A DNA stretch of 63,870 nucleotides, filler included, from Cercozoa sp. M6MM (GCA_040357565.1; 14 parts of 14 records of this genome joined end to end with filler, not necessarily neighbours in it), one strand, 5' to 3'; numbered from the whole stretch's first letter, positions 1 through 12,225 are shown. The notes: a model not told the origin generated them from the sequence alone. Program-made: numbers and translations.

Positions 1-718
1 CATAAATAGAGGTCTGGTGCTTTGGGAGAGGAAAAGGTTTGTACATCCAATACAGCGTCGCCAGGACAGCGTGGAGCAGCTCAATTCGTGTGCGAGCAGC
101 ACTCAGGACACACAGGATGCAAACCACATACATTGGGTGTCGTACCAACTGTCAGTTCGTCATAGACCAAACTTAAAAGCACACAACCCATGCCTTGGAG
201 TCGAAATAGTAATTACTCGGTGGATGGTATGGATGGTCATGCGGCCTTTTTCTTGGATAATTTTGCTGTGGTTCTTGGCCGGAGTGATGCCAAAAAACTC
301 GCCCGGATTGTAAACGAAGAAGACGATCCAATGGAAGGCTCCAAGCATCAGTAAAGCAAACGAAGCGCGCGTCCAAAAGAACCAGTCAGGTGCTTGTTTG
401 AACAACCAGTCCGAATTGCTTTGTGCAGTCACGACGCCCATACGGTAAAGCACAGCAATGCTTATCGTCAAGTACAGCAGGCGATACGTCGGAGCCAGGA
501 ACGGCAAGTGACGCTCAACAAAGCTCTTCACGTGCAGAGAAGCAAGTCCGGAGTGGACCTATAGTAATCCACCAGTATAATCATGCTTGCAATAAATTTA
601 GCTCAGCGAAACGCACCGCTATGAAGAGCGCCCACAGTGCTAGAGATTCAACAATTGCTTTCACTTCAAGCTCTGTCAGTGAAGCGACATTCGGAGCAAA
701 GCTGTTCAGAGCTTCCAT
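1..718 (-). CDS. Nurim/MddA/ICMT-like multi-pass membrane methyltransferase-family protein (spliced, 3' end runs off window)
   Basis: Hand-spliced exons give MEALNSFAP...ALFIA|VHSGLASLHVKSFVERHLPFLAPTYRLLY... and later LVRHPMY. The HS..A motif, hydrophobic helices and RHP motif are typical of the nurim/NnrU/ICMT clan. Confidence 0.7.
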
Positions 719-1297
719 CAAGTGCTTGCAATTGCAAAACTTCGGAATTTGCCAGTGCTATCGCAAATGCTTATGGAGACAACACGCGATACGTCTTGCT
801 CAATAGACAGACGACCCTTTGGAGTCGGAAAGAAGCGTCCGCGTGGAAGTCTGATGCACAAGGTTTAAACCTATGACACGCAACCGAAATGCAGTCGGTA
901 TAACTAAAGTACGACACAATAACTGGACAAAGGCACTACTAGCTGTTTGATGTTTGAGAAGCATCCCGACTCAAACTGGGCGGCTTTTGAAGACCATTGA
1001 ACAGAAAATGACTAAACAGATAAAGTTAGCTCTTCACTGACAGCGGTCAGCCGTCTCCCAGCTGACAGAGAGAAAGACGCAGGGGAAGCTGAGTTTTCAA
1101 GCTTTTCACGATCCGATTAATTTACTCGTAGCTCGTTACCACAAAGAGGTCACTCACGGAAGAGAAACGCTCATATCACTTTTAGACAAAAGCGTCGCTT
1201 TGTGTCGTCAGCATAGGCATAGGTTTGTGGTACACGTTCCGTACTTGGGCTGGCAAGCTAGCGAGTCATCCTCGCGGGCGAGAAACGCGACAGAGTG

Positions 1298-4200
1298 ATG
1301 TCGTACCAGGGAACCGGAGAGGGAAAGACCGTCCCACGAGTCGGCGTAGTGCGTTTCTCCGACTTTGTTCGTGACTCTGGATGCAACATTCGCGTCACTG
1401 CCGACGGCAAGACAGGCACTAGGGCCCCTCCCGTGACAGTGCAGGGCAACGACGCTCTGTGGGAAACTGCTCAAGGTCTGTTCATTCAAGAATATTTCAC
1501 TCACTTCGCTTGAGAAATCAACCTCATTGTTTCATGAAGGACCGTTGAGGTCGCCCGTGCTGAGTCCTAAACGACATCTACCACCGACGCAAAATCGACC
1601 ACCAGTTTCGTCCAGCTCACCTGTCAGTTCGCAAATCCCGAAAGTCGGTCAGAGCTCGCGAAGACTCTTTTTTGCTGACCTAGGCAGTGCATTGGTAACA
1701 GAGCCACCACGCACGAGCTCCTTGTCGAGGCACAAGCAGACTTCAGCTCCTCTAGGCGACGAACGGCGCCAATCCACACTTTCCACGAAACAGGCTGCTC
1801 TCCAACAAGTCGCGAAACGACCTAGTGAACAGGTCCTGGCACTTCCCCCTGCTGTCGAAGGTCACGAAGTCTCCCAGCCGAGGCAAGTTCCAGTCTTGCA
1901 AGCGAAACGAAGTTCGAAAGAGCCCAAAGGCCAAAAAGCGAAACCTGACAAGACTCGATACCCTCGGGAAGGCAGTTTCCCTGTCCTTCCTGTCGCGGAG
2001 AGCATCGCGGATAGCATAAGCTTAAAGGAACCTCTGGCGAGACGTCCGTTCGCTCCAGGTTTCTCGAGTTTTGCAACTTCGATTCCGACTTCAGCAGAGC
2101 CTGCAGAACCTCACGACTCAAGTTCGACTCCCATGTTTCAATTCACGGCACCGTCGCTGCGTCGATCTCCTTCCGCAGCAAGAATGAAGTCATCTTCGCC
2201 GCCATCTCCGCAGCTTAAGCAGCAGCTGTTCCAAGAGCTGTTTGGTTCAAACATGGATGCTGTGCACCCGCAATTGCAGCAGCCGGTTCGATCCGCCGCA
2301 CGCATCTCTGCGGAAAGTCGCGCGCAACAGCGACAGTCAATGCGGCGAACTCGTACTTTCAGCGGTCTTCGTGCAGTTTTGCCAGCGGAAACAAGTCGCC
2401 CCGCGCTGAGTATTGGAGTCGGAGCTCAAGTTGCGGAGTCTGCTGCACCTCGGTCTACTCGATCAGTCTCACGTTTGAAAACGTCGCGCTCCAATATTGC
2501 TGTCGCACGTGCGCGAGAGCAACAGCGACAAAGGCAAATGCTGCTACAACGAGAGAAGGACGAAAGGCATCTACAGCAGGCCGCACCGCAGCGCTTTGTG
2601 TACGAAAGACAGAAAAACGTCAGTCCGGGACCGGACCACAGACTAGTTTCACAACGTGCCATGCTGCGAGGTGCCGTCAGTGCCGCTGTTGCTGCCCTGG
2701 GTCTACTGTCTCGATCAAGGTCGCGTCTCGGACTGTCGACTGATTCTCTGGCGACACTGCCGCAGACTGCACTCATAGAAGAAGAACAAGCGCATGAAAA
2801 CGAGCAGGAACGTATCGAACTCGACAAAGAAGTCGCTGTCGATGTTAATCTGGATGCTGACGAGATGCAACGACTCGAAAAGGAGGCGCGAGAGCAAGAC
2901 GGTCAGATCTCGGCACTTGTGGCCAAGATTAAAACACTGTACGCTTCGGTCCGCGCACTGCACTCGAACCGAAGAGTAGCGTCCCGACGACACAAGGAGG
3001 AACTCATGAAGGCGGCCAAAGCGGCCGAGCAGCAGCTCGAGAAGTGGCAGGAACTGTACCGCAAGACGCGGCAGGAGATGTCGCGCCTCAAGAAACTCGA
3101 CACACAAAATCGCATTCTCAAGCAGAATCTCGAAGCAGCCTCTCGTCGTAAATCGAAGATCGAAAACGAGATGGGAGAGCGACTCAAGAAAGTAAAACTC
3201 GTGTTCCATTGTGATTGTTGTGTCATGACATTTGGTATTTTTGGTACCCGCAGGAACGAGAGCGCACGGATCAGTTGCGAAGCTTTTACGAAAGGAAAGT
3301 CGAGCAACTCGGAGGAGCAGCACGCGCAGCGTCGGAAGCAGCGACGGATGCGCGCTCTTCGGTGACTGAAGTCATTGAGTTGCGTGTAGAACGAGATGCC
3401 CTGCTGCAACGTCTGCAGCGAGCCGAAGCGCAACGTGCTCAAGGTGAAGAAGCGCGCAAGAATCTTGAGGAATTGGTGACGAAACTACAGCAACAAGCGA
3501 GCAAGATCACCAGTGGGTCTACGACTAAAGGAGCTGCTGCAGAGAAACGCCGCCGCGCCAGCTTGGAGTCCTCGCTTGAATCCTCGACCCCTGCGCGTTC
3601 CTTTGTGCGAAGTCGAAAGCACACGCAGTCGATGCCGACACTTGGTACTGGCAAGAGACGCGCCGAGCGACGACGGCGCGAAGGACGCCCTTCGGGCACT
3701 CCTTTCACTCTCGAATCCGGTGTCAGCGCCGAGGCCGATCGCGAGCGTGCGCTTGGGGAAAAGGAAGCCGACGAACGACGACGCACGCGCAGACGAACGA
3801 AACGAAAGGAACAAAAGGAGCAAGAAGAAAAGAAAGAAGGCGAGGAATCACCCAAAGACAAGGACAGCGTCAGGAGGAAGAAAGCCACCGAAGAACTCGG
3901 TGAGAGCGAGCAGACTGAGTGGTCCGATCTGCTCGAAGGCGGCGCTTCCAGTGACGATAGTGACTGGACCGAGGAAGAGTACGTCGGAGCCGACGGAGTG
4001 CGTCGACGTAGGAGGATACGACGTCACGACAAGGAGAGAAGGTCACAAGCAGAGGCGAGTACACTCAGCGAAGTCGAAGAAGAGGAGAGCTCCTTATCCT
4101 CGGAAAGTGACGAGAGGCACGTGCAGAGTGCCTCCAAACTGGTACCGCCAAGCTCGCAACCCAGTTCTCGCGCTCAACTGGAAGAAGAACAGAGCACGGA

Positions 4201-5379
4201 GGGACCCGGAACCTTAAAACAGAGCAGCGAGCTTGAGAGTACTCTTGATATCCAACCGAGCACTGCCGAAACACTACGCGGCTCCGAAAGCAGCGAATTG
4301 GTGCGCTCACTCCTATTGCGTTGCTCGATATGACTTTGAAACGTGTGTAGCAGGTCGGACAATTGGCTCCGCAGGTGGCAGCCGAGATCGCTTCTCTCCG
4401 AAAGCGAGCGGAAACAGCGACGAAACTCGAACGCACCGCTCGCTTGAACGAGCAGCGCGTGCTGGACCTCAAGAAGCAACTTGATCAGACGAGTGCCAGG
4501 AACGAAGACAACACAACGCGTCTGCAGCTTCTGACGCAAAAACTGAGCGCCGCAAACGGACAACTTGACGAACTTCGACGCGTTGAGCGACAGCATGCGC
4601 AACTGGCACGTGAACTAGCCGCCACACGCGCTTCCTCCATCGGTAACATAAGTTTAGTGTACGGCTTTCACAACCGAAGTGAAAGATTGAAGTTGTTTCC
4701 ATGTGAAATTAAATGCAGACGTGAGCGAAGCAATGCGACTGACGGCAGCGTTCCGGCAGTGCGCGCAAGCTTTCGAACTGATCTACCAGATCGGTGATAT
4801 ATTGCAGCCCGCTCTGTGCTGCCGCATGTGCTTCCGACTGCTGCAGCATCCGGTGGTTCTCGAGTGGTAAAACTGATCGGTCGCTGCCTCAAGCAATGCC
4901 TTTAACTGTTCATTGATGCCTTGTGACTTTAGTGGCCACTGCTACTGCATTGAGTGCTGCGACAATGCCGTGCTAGAGTACGCAGACGAAAAGAACGTCG
5001 CCGACACGCTCGAGTGCCCACAGTGCCAGAACTCCGTGTCGTCGAACTTCTTTCCAAACCCGACACTTGAGCATATTGTGGTACTGCCCAAAACTCGACC
5101 CTCTACGCTTACTGGGCTGAACGCTGTCTGCTTTCTAGTCGAGGTACCAGTTCTGGGCACTGTCGCTCGCAGATGCGAGAAAGACCATGCGTCTCATCCG
5201 AAAAGGCCTGTCTGATGCAGGTGAAATATAACATAACATCCGATCGGAAATGTTGATTCTACCGTGTATGTACAGCCAAGATCGACGACGAGGCACAAGC
5301 AATCGGTGCGCGAGAGCAACTGGAAAACCCCGACACTGGGCTGCCTGAGAGTGAACCTACGCCGACTGAGTATAGTTGA
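1298..5379 (+). CDS. Large low-complexity/coiled-coil protein with C-terminal C3HC4 RING finger (putative E3 ligase)
   Basis: Long ORFs 1527-3365, 3215-4333 and 4363-4797 are joined by GT-AG introns. The spliced C-terminus reads CRMCFRLLQHPVVLEC|GHCYCIECC...LECPQC. Confidence 0.75.
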
Positions 5380-5537
5380 GTCTTGTATGCAGCTAACCAA
5401 GTAGTTTCCCTGCACCAGTCTGGGATGGGTACGCTGGCGTACAGTAACTGTTGTTCTTTCTTTGGTTCCATTATTCCCAGTCGTTTCTCTGATTGCTATT
5501 AAGAGCTCAACTGCTCACTTCAGTGAACTTAAAGTTA

Positions 5538-6499
5538 CTATCGTGCCTGCTCCTCCTGCATCTGCTCGTTGTCAGTACAAAATCAGTAAATTGACAACCA
5601 GAGCGAACTGCACAAAAAGTGTAACTGTACCAAAATTTCAACTCGCGCTCTGAAGGCTGCAGCACGCTCAGACGGCAGCGAATCGGCAAAGGCAAGCAGT
5701 TTTCGCAGCATCATCCTGCGAGAATGTAAAGCAGAAAACTATGCGAAAGAGAGCCAAAGCACCACTTGGCGGCAGGTGAGCCGTCGATCTTTTGCACCAG
5801 TGCGATCATCTTGTCCTCCGCCTCTTGCATCTGGGGCACCAAGTGAAACAGATAGTGAGCCCAAAGGTGGAATGAGTTACCACTCGATCGGCGTTCTCAC
5901 GTGCTTGTCTGGCACTCTCTGCCTGCAAACACAAGGACACAAAGGTTCCTGTAACTGTACGTTAACACACACACACACATACACACACACAAATACACAC
6001 ACACACACATACACACACACACACATATACACACAGAGTACAGTACCGCCCTCAATGCACTCTGTTCAGCTGCAGCGGCACTCCTAGCGGCATCCTCGGC
6101 CGATCTCTAGCAACAGGAGGGACTTAGACAATATCAAAACATTGTAACAGGCAACAAACCTCGGCAATGAGAGCAACATTCGCTTGTGCTTGAGCTTGTT
6201 GGCGGAGTCTCGCTGCTTCTGCAACACAAAAGAAAGTAACAAAGTCCGTGTCGAAACTAAATATGATGACGCACACGCGTACCTTGGCGAGACTGCTCGG
6301 CTTTGGCACGCTTAGCCAGCGAGTCTGAGGATTAAAAATCTACTCCCTAATTCACAAACACTACCTGGGCCTACCCTGTTGCGCGCGTTCTGCCTGTGCA
6401 CGTTTTTCGACGGCCTCTGCAGAGCGTTGAAAAGAAAGTATTTGTTGTTTTTGGGAACATTTAGTGCAGCAGAGACGAACCGGCCTCACTACTCAGCAT
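5538..6499 (-). CDS. Small Ala/Glu/Arg-rich helical protein, multi-exon, unknown function
   Basis: GT-AG spliced exons give an open frame MLSSEA|EAVEKRAQAERAQQ|DSLAKRAKAEQSRQ|EAARLRQQ...MMLRKLLAFADSLPSERAAAFRARVEIL|QMQEEQAR*. Confidence 0.55.
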
Positions 6500-6568
6500 T
6501 AGCACACACTGACGCACGACGAACTATCAAAACTGCGACACACTCTGTGGTTTACACTCTGTGGTTTA

Positions 6569-6595
6569 CAGCTAAATGCAGTGAAGTTGGCCGAT
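6569..6595 (+). repeat. Left terminal inverted repeat (27 bp)
   Basis: Exact reverse complement of 8657-8683. Confidence 0.95.
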
Positions 6596-6806
6596 CAAAA
6601 ATAGTCCTATGTACAGGGCAGTAGACGAGATTCTGTCTGTACAAATTTATTAGAGCAATTTTTGCACAAGCCTGACCTGAAGCTATTGGGGGTTCAGGTG
6701 CTCTAGATCTCAGAATTTCCTGGAGCCGGGCATTGAGTCGGAATTGAGTCGATGCAGAGCACAACTACTGGCCAAGGTCTTAGTCCTAACGTGAAGCTGT
6801 CTATAG

Positions 6807-7950
6807 ATGTGTAACTACATGGGCAAGGGACCTGGACGGCCTAGCAATCGCGATCGTGGGAGGCGTGAAACCCCCAAGAAGGCCAGGGCCGTGAAGGTGG
6901 CTCTCGCCGGACACGGGGCTGCTTTAGCCGATTCTATGCCCGCGGAGCCGCCCAAACCAAAGAAGAAAGTGGTTACCTCTGCTAGAAAGCGAACCAGGTC
7001 GGACCTGGACGAGCCGCCACCTGCACGGCAAGGGCGCACGCAGCGCTCCATCTCTCGCGCGGTACTACGCTCCATTTCGTGCTGTTTGTTTGTCTGTGAG
7101 TACTGCGCACTTGCACAGAAGGCACTGGAGTGTGCCAAGCACCTGTGGCGCACATTGCTGCCGACTCTAGCGATCGAACAGGCGCGCATGGTTGTTGCCT
7201 CGTCTTCACTCTTTCGCTCTCCGCGCAGCGACGCTGCGGTTCTTCAACCAATGACGGGCGTGACGTACGGCTTGGACACGATCGCTCAACAACTCAAGGT
7301 GTTGTTCCCGACAAGGTGCCGTCGGCTTGACTTCGCAACGGTCAGCACGCTACGAAGAAGCTTGTCTGCAAACTTCCCAAGCATCTTCAAGAAGGAGACG
7401 ACTTGACGATCTTGCGAAGTCTTTAAACTTCACAGTGCTGTGGCTTCCGAAGTTTTACTGCGACCTCAATGGTATTGAGTTCTTCTGGGCTTATGTTAAG
7501 AGCAAGCTCAGGTCTTCGGAGGTGAAGGGCGATTCCGGACTCGCTGCCTTCCGAAGACGATGTGCCAAAGTCGTGGAGAGCGTTGGTACTTTCTCCGCGC
7601 CTCATCACTCTCTATCCACGCTTCTTTGATAGCATACGATTTGCTGGATGCTACGGCACGTGGTTGAGGTGGAAATGGTCTATCTCGGCGGCGCCAGCGA
7701 CTCGCACGAGGCAACTCGAGCTGTGAAACGGAAGCAGGTCAACAAGTCTCATGGAGTTCAGCAGGGCTCCTACCTGTTCACCAAGGTTCCTGGGCGCGAG
7801 GAAACCGAGAGGAACGACGAGTTCGAGAAGGAATTCAAACGACAAGTGACGTCGCTCGTTGCAGAGGTCGAGCAAGCCATGAGAAACAGCCAGGCCGAGC
7901 ACGAAAAGCGCCTAAGAGCGCTTGCACCACTAGGTTTCCGCCGTTACTAG
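6807..7950 (+). pseudogene. Tc1/IS630-like DDE transposase, intron-containing, internally deleted and frameshifted
   Basis: A basic N-terminus and HTH-like TVSTLRRSL end at a stop (7406). Another frame resumes at RLDDLAKSLNFTVLWLPKFYCDLNGIEFFWAYVKSKLR (third catalytic motif) and, after an intron, VYLGG...AVKRKQVNKSH. The first two catalytic Asp regions are absent. Confidence 0.8.
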
Positions 7951-8070
7951 GTGTTCTAACTAGAATTAGTCCGTAATTTGTTACTGCGGCTCAATGGCCC
8001 AATCAGTAAGGGAAAGGAGAGACTAAATAAATCATTCAATTAGGTAAGTCGTCACTCAGTTGAGTCAACG

Positions 8071-8529
8071 TTAGAACTGTAGGTGAAATACCCCTACTGG
8101 GTCTCGTAGTGATCCACTGGATCTCGACCGAAGGCAGACGTCCTTGGTCGTAACAATGCGTTTATGGAAGAAAAACTCCGCCTGTGAACACACGACGAAG
8201 TGAGTGGAATGGAAACCAGCCAATGAGCTAACTGACCAGGCTGAAGCCGTGACGGAGCTTTCTGCTTCTCTGCAAGGACTCTGTCCAGGCAAGATCTACA
8301 GCAACAGCAATCCACTGAGTCAGTAGTTAGGTCTCAGAGCAAGGTACCAAGCCAAAACACTCTTAAACTCCTTCCTTTCTCAAACTTGTTGAGACATAAG
8401 TTATGACCTCCACGCGGACGAGTCAGAGCAATGATTACTGAAAATGTGCAGTAACAAATTAGTGGTTTATAGCTCCTTATGTCGACTTTTGAAACTCGAC
8501 CGACAGTGACGCATGAATTTCAATTCCAT
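8071..8529 (-). CDS. Putative 4-exon, 100-aa second ORF inside the transposon (unknown)
   Basis: Exons 8487-8529, 8348-8437, 8237-8295 and 8071-8181 are separated by 49-, 52- and 55-nt GT-AG introns and give an uninterrupted 303-nt frame. No recognisable homology. Confidence 0.3.
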
Positions 8530-8656
8530 TGAATTTCGTCAAAACTTTGTGTCTCCATAGTGGCCCAAACTTCACGAAGTCTAGTTCTTAGTACATTTGG
8601 ATCACTTAGTGTGCGGGCTACTCTAATAGCAGTCGTTTCGGGCTCTTTTGTCGCCA

Positions 8657-8683
8657 ATCGGCCAACTTCACTGCATTTAGCTG
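8657..8683 (-). repeat. Right terminal inverted repeat (27 bp)
   Basis: Exact reverse complement of 6569-6595. Confidence 0.95.
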
Positions 8684-8695
8684 TACTGGCTACGT

Positions 8696-9849
8696 TTATT
8701 TCAGCTGCTGAAAATTCGGCCGCAAGAACGAAGCAAATTACTCTGATTGAGTCTAGGAGACGACCTGCGCGTGGAAGAGCTGCGCACGCAGCGGCGACGG
8801 CGGCGACGACGCGAACAGAACCGAGCCATCGGAATTCACGGTCAGCAACTAACGTCGGGGGGTACAGGGGTTGGGAAGTAAGGGAGCAAGGGTGTACCGT
8901 GCCATGTGCACGCGAGCGCAGCGCGACGAGATCGCCAATCGGCAGCAGTTCGAAGTGTTCCCACTGCTGCGCAGTCGGTCGGTTGGCCACACAGATGCCA
9001 GTCGGCTCGGCGCACACAAAGGTGCCATGGGCGGCACGCAGACAGTAAGCACCTGGAGCAGCGATCGCTGGTTCCAGCATGAAGGGCTGCGGCACCGACT
9101 GGCACTGCATGGCACCTGGGGGGGGGGGGGGGGGGTAGAGCTGGAGGTGAGGAAGCGAGAGGAACAAAGTACCAGTATGAAAGGCACTCAAGTAGCTGTT
9201 GGACAACACGGAACGCAGCTGGATCGAGAAGGGCGCACCTGTGTTGATGCGCTGCTGCAGCACCGACAGTGCCGGCGGACCCTGCGGGGAAGGGTAAACG
9301 AGCTTAGGGGTAGGCGGGTAACATACAGAAAGAAACGGCTGAGCAGCCGGATCGCGCTTCTTGCGCTTCTTCTTGATGCAGATGCACTGCACGGATAGAG
9401 GTAAGATGGGGGGGGGGGGGGGGGGGGTAAAGAAACAGGGGCAGGGGTAAAAAAAAGAGGTAAAGAGGGCAGGAGGTGAAGACGTGTACCACAATAACGA
9501 GAACGACCACAACGGCGGCCACGATGGGCCACACCACGGCGTGCGACATCGACGACGGACACTGGCCCTCGTGACGGTATGTCGAACCACACTGCACACA
9601 CGAGTTGAATTCAAGAAACACTGCCTTCGCTAGAGAAAACTAAAACTACGAGATGCGGCGCACGGTCGTACCGAGCGTTGTAGCACTCGGCAGAAGCACT
9701 GCCTGTATTCTCACAAACCACAAAAATACACAGTCGAACCGAAAAAACACAAAGATCAACATACACCAGCCGCACTCCGGCGAGATGTTCAGGCACCCAT
9801 CGCACTCCGAGTTGTAGAATCCACAGCGGACGGCTTGCGGGTCGGCCAT
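8696..9849 (-). CDS. Single-pass membrane protein: PSI-like Cys-rich N-terminus, TM helix, polybasic stretch, fascin-like beta-trefoil domain
   Basis: Spliced: CDGCLNISPECGWCSASAECY (PSI-like), VVWPIVAAVVVVLVIV..CICIKKKRKK (TM plus stop-transfer), YCLRAAHGTFVCAEPTGICVANRPTAQQWEHFEL..VALRSRAHG (fascin repeat). Confidence 0.7.
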
Positions 9850-10128
9850 CTTCAATCCCTCTTTTCTTCGTTTAGTTGGCCAATCGATTTATTCTCGCCC
9901 CACGCTTGGGGAGTCGAGTCAAGCTAGAACAGCGATCAATGCAGCACGTTTGCTATAACGTGTAGTACACACCAGAGGTGTACACAAAAAGGCGTGTTTC
10001 TCGCATTCTGCAAGGCTGAGTTGTTTGTATCTTTCCCAGGCGCTCCGAGTTCGGATGGCGGAACGACTGGACTCGAAGCGTGACTGAAATGAGCGTGAAA
10101 ATGCAGGCAGGCAAATTTGTCGTCAGAC

Positions 10129-11870
10129 TTATTCATCGGTGGTGTCCATCTCGTTGTCCGAGCGCACTTGCATGTGTTCCGGCACGAGGAGAGCGACAAC
10201 GTCGCCGAGCGAGACGACGCCGCAAGGCTTGTTGTCGGCGTCGACGAGGTAGAGACGGTGCACCTTGTGATCGATCATGCGTTGGACGACGGTGAGTAGC
10301 GTGTCCTGCGGCGTCACCGTGGCCGGCGCGCGCGCGCAGAAGCTCGCCACCGTGTCGAACAGACGCGGGTACTTGGCCTTGTCGCCAATCACGGAGCGCA
10401 CTGCATCAGAGGATAAGTGTAAGGGCGAGGGGAAGGGAGGGGCAAGAGGTGTTGCTACGGTCGCGCGCCGAGATGTTGCCGATGAGTTCGCCATTGTCGC
10501 CCAGCACAGCGATACCGCCGACACGACGCTAAAACAAAAGAGGCATGCCGTACAGATGGACCGGTCAGCTGGACATTCAGACAGACAGAAGAAGACAAAT
10601 AGGTGTACCAAGTAGAGTTCCTGGAAGGCCGCCAGCACCTTCTGCGACGACTTGACGGCGAATACTGTCTTGGGCTTGCCCAGACCGACCTGGAATCAAC
10701 AGGAACACAATGTTCCGAGGGAAGGGGGAGGGGGTAAAGGTGCAAAGACACCTGCTCCAGCGTGATCTCGGGCAACAGACTCATCAGATCCGGCAGCTTG
10801 GCCACCACCGCCGACTGCGTGATCTGCAGACACCAATGTTACATGTGAAAGCAGAAAGGACACACTCTTGCAGGCGTGCTGTACGATGTTGCTCAGTTCG
10901 TCGTTCTCGTCAATCACTGCACCCAACGCACGTAGAAAACATCGGCCCTAGGTGTACTCTCGTATGTTGCAACGGTACCACACAGACGATGCAAACGGTA
11001 CTTGCTCATCAGCACGAAGGCGTCAAACAGCGACGTGTCCGAAGCTGCAACCTCAAACAACACACAAAGGTAGGAGGACGCAAGCAGGGTGTTTGAAGGG
11101 AGAAAGCGTACCAACAGGCGCGAAGACCTGGTCGCCCTGCTGGAGCCACTTGCGCGACTTCTGCTGCATCAACTGCGCCACCGTGTAGCGCGCAAAGGCA
11201 TCTGTTTACGGGAGAGATAAATACAACACACAGACAGCACAAGCGGGACCGTGCCACGGCGTCGTGCCCTCCTGATCAGCGACACTGAGCGTGAAGTCCA
11301 CAATGTCGTACATGTCCAGCAGACCCTGTTCATCACACCCACAGCAAAGTAAACAACGTGACTATTTATGCAAAAGCAAGAGAGACCATGTATTTCTGAA
11401 TCCAGGTGCCCTGCTGCACGCTCACATCGCGCACAGGAGCCGACAGAATGCCATGCTGCGACAGCAACTCGAGTGCCTGCTCGAACAAGTAACGAAGATT
11501 AACTCAACTAAAGGGGACAAATTGAACACACCTGTCGAACAGAAGCATCCGACGCGATTTCGATCACACGACCGCAGGCAGGCTGCGCAAGGCATTCACT
11601 GACTCTACATTCTTTATGTTGACTGGGAAAACAAAGCTACCTTGTCAAAGTGACCCACATTCTCGCGCATCAGTTCCTAGACATCAAAATTCACACGACA
11701 GATACAGCAACATCGACTCTGAGGAAGCAGTGACAGTCTTCAAAGCACCTGGGCGCAGCTGTCCTGCACACGAAAGTAATCCACACAGATTATCCGCTGC
11801 TGTTTGCAGACACAAGAGAGCTTACGAAGAGCTCGCGCGCCACTTGGCTGCCCGAGTTCGTCGACGACAT
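10129..11870 (-). CDS. CBS-domain protein (AMPK gamma/SDS23-like)
   Basis: CBS motifs TSLFDAFVLMSKYRLHRLC and TVTPQDTLLTVVQRMIDHKVHRLYLVDADNKPCGVVSLGDVV; many short GT-AG introns. Confidence 0.85.
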
Positions 11871-12225
11871 TTTCGGGTGTGTTCAGCTTTTGCAGACAGT
11901 GCTACTAAAAGAAACACGACAAACGCTCAGTGGTCTCTTTCGGTTTTGCAAATCCCGATCACCCAACAGGCTTTCTTTACACACACATGCTCGTAACGTA
12001 CCTGTGCAGAACTTGTGCACCTGTCTAATCGCCGTGTACTCCACTGTAACTCGATAGTGTTGAGATTAAGCAGAAATTCGGCGCTCCAGGTCTCAAATTG
12101 GCAATAATTAGTACTCCCAGTGACAGTGCTTGTGTGTCTGCACTCTGTGAGAGCAGCTCAAAAATGTAAGATGATTTTGCGATTCACGATGGAGGTGGGT
12201 GACTGTGCCGGTTGCAGTAGCAAAG

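Larger units (their letters stand above)
6569..8683 (+). mobile_element. IS630-Tc1-mariner-type DNA transposon, probably a non-autonomous deletion derivative
   Basis: Perfect 27-bp terminal inverted repeats CAGCTAAATGCAGTGAAGTTGGCCGAT (6569-6595 and 8657-8683), flanked by TA on both sides (6567-6568, 8684-8685). It encloses the transposase motif WLPKFYCDLNGIEFFW. Confidence 0.9.

Noticed and set aside
6440-6566. Apparent peptide similarity (FSAAE.N) outside both TIRs suggesting a longer inverted repeat
   Set aside because: The nucleotide match beyond the TA is weak, and both segments are explained by host introns or exons.
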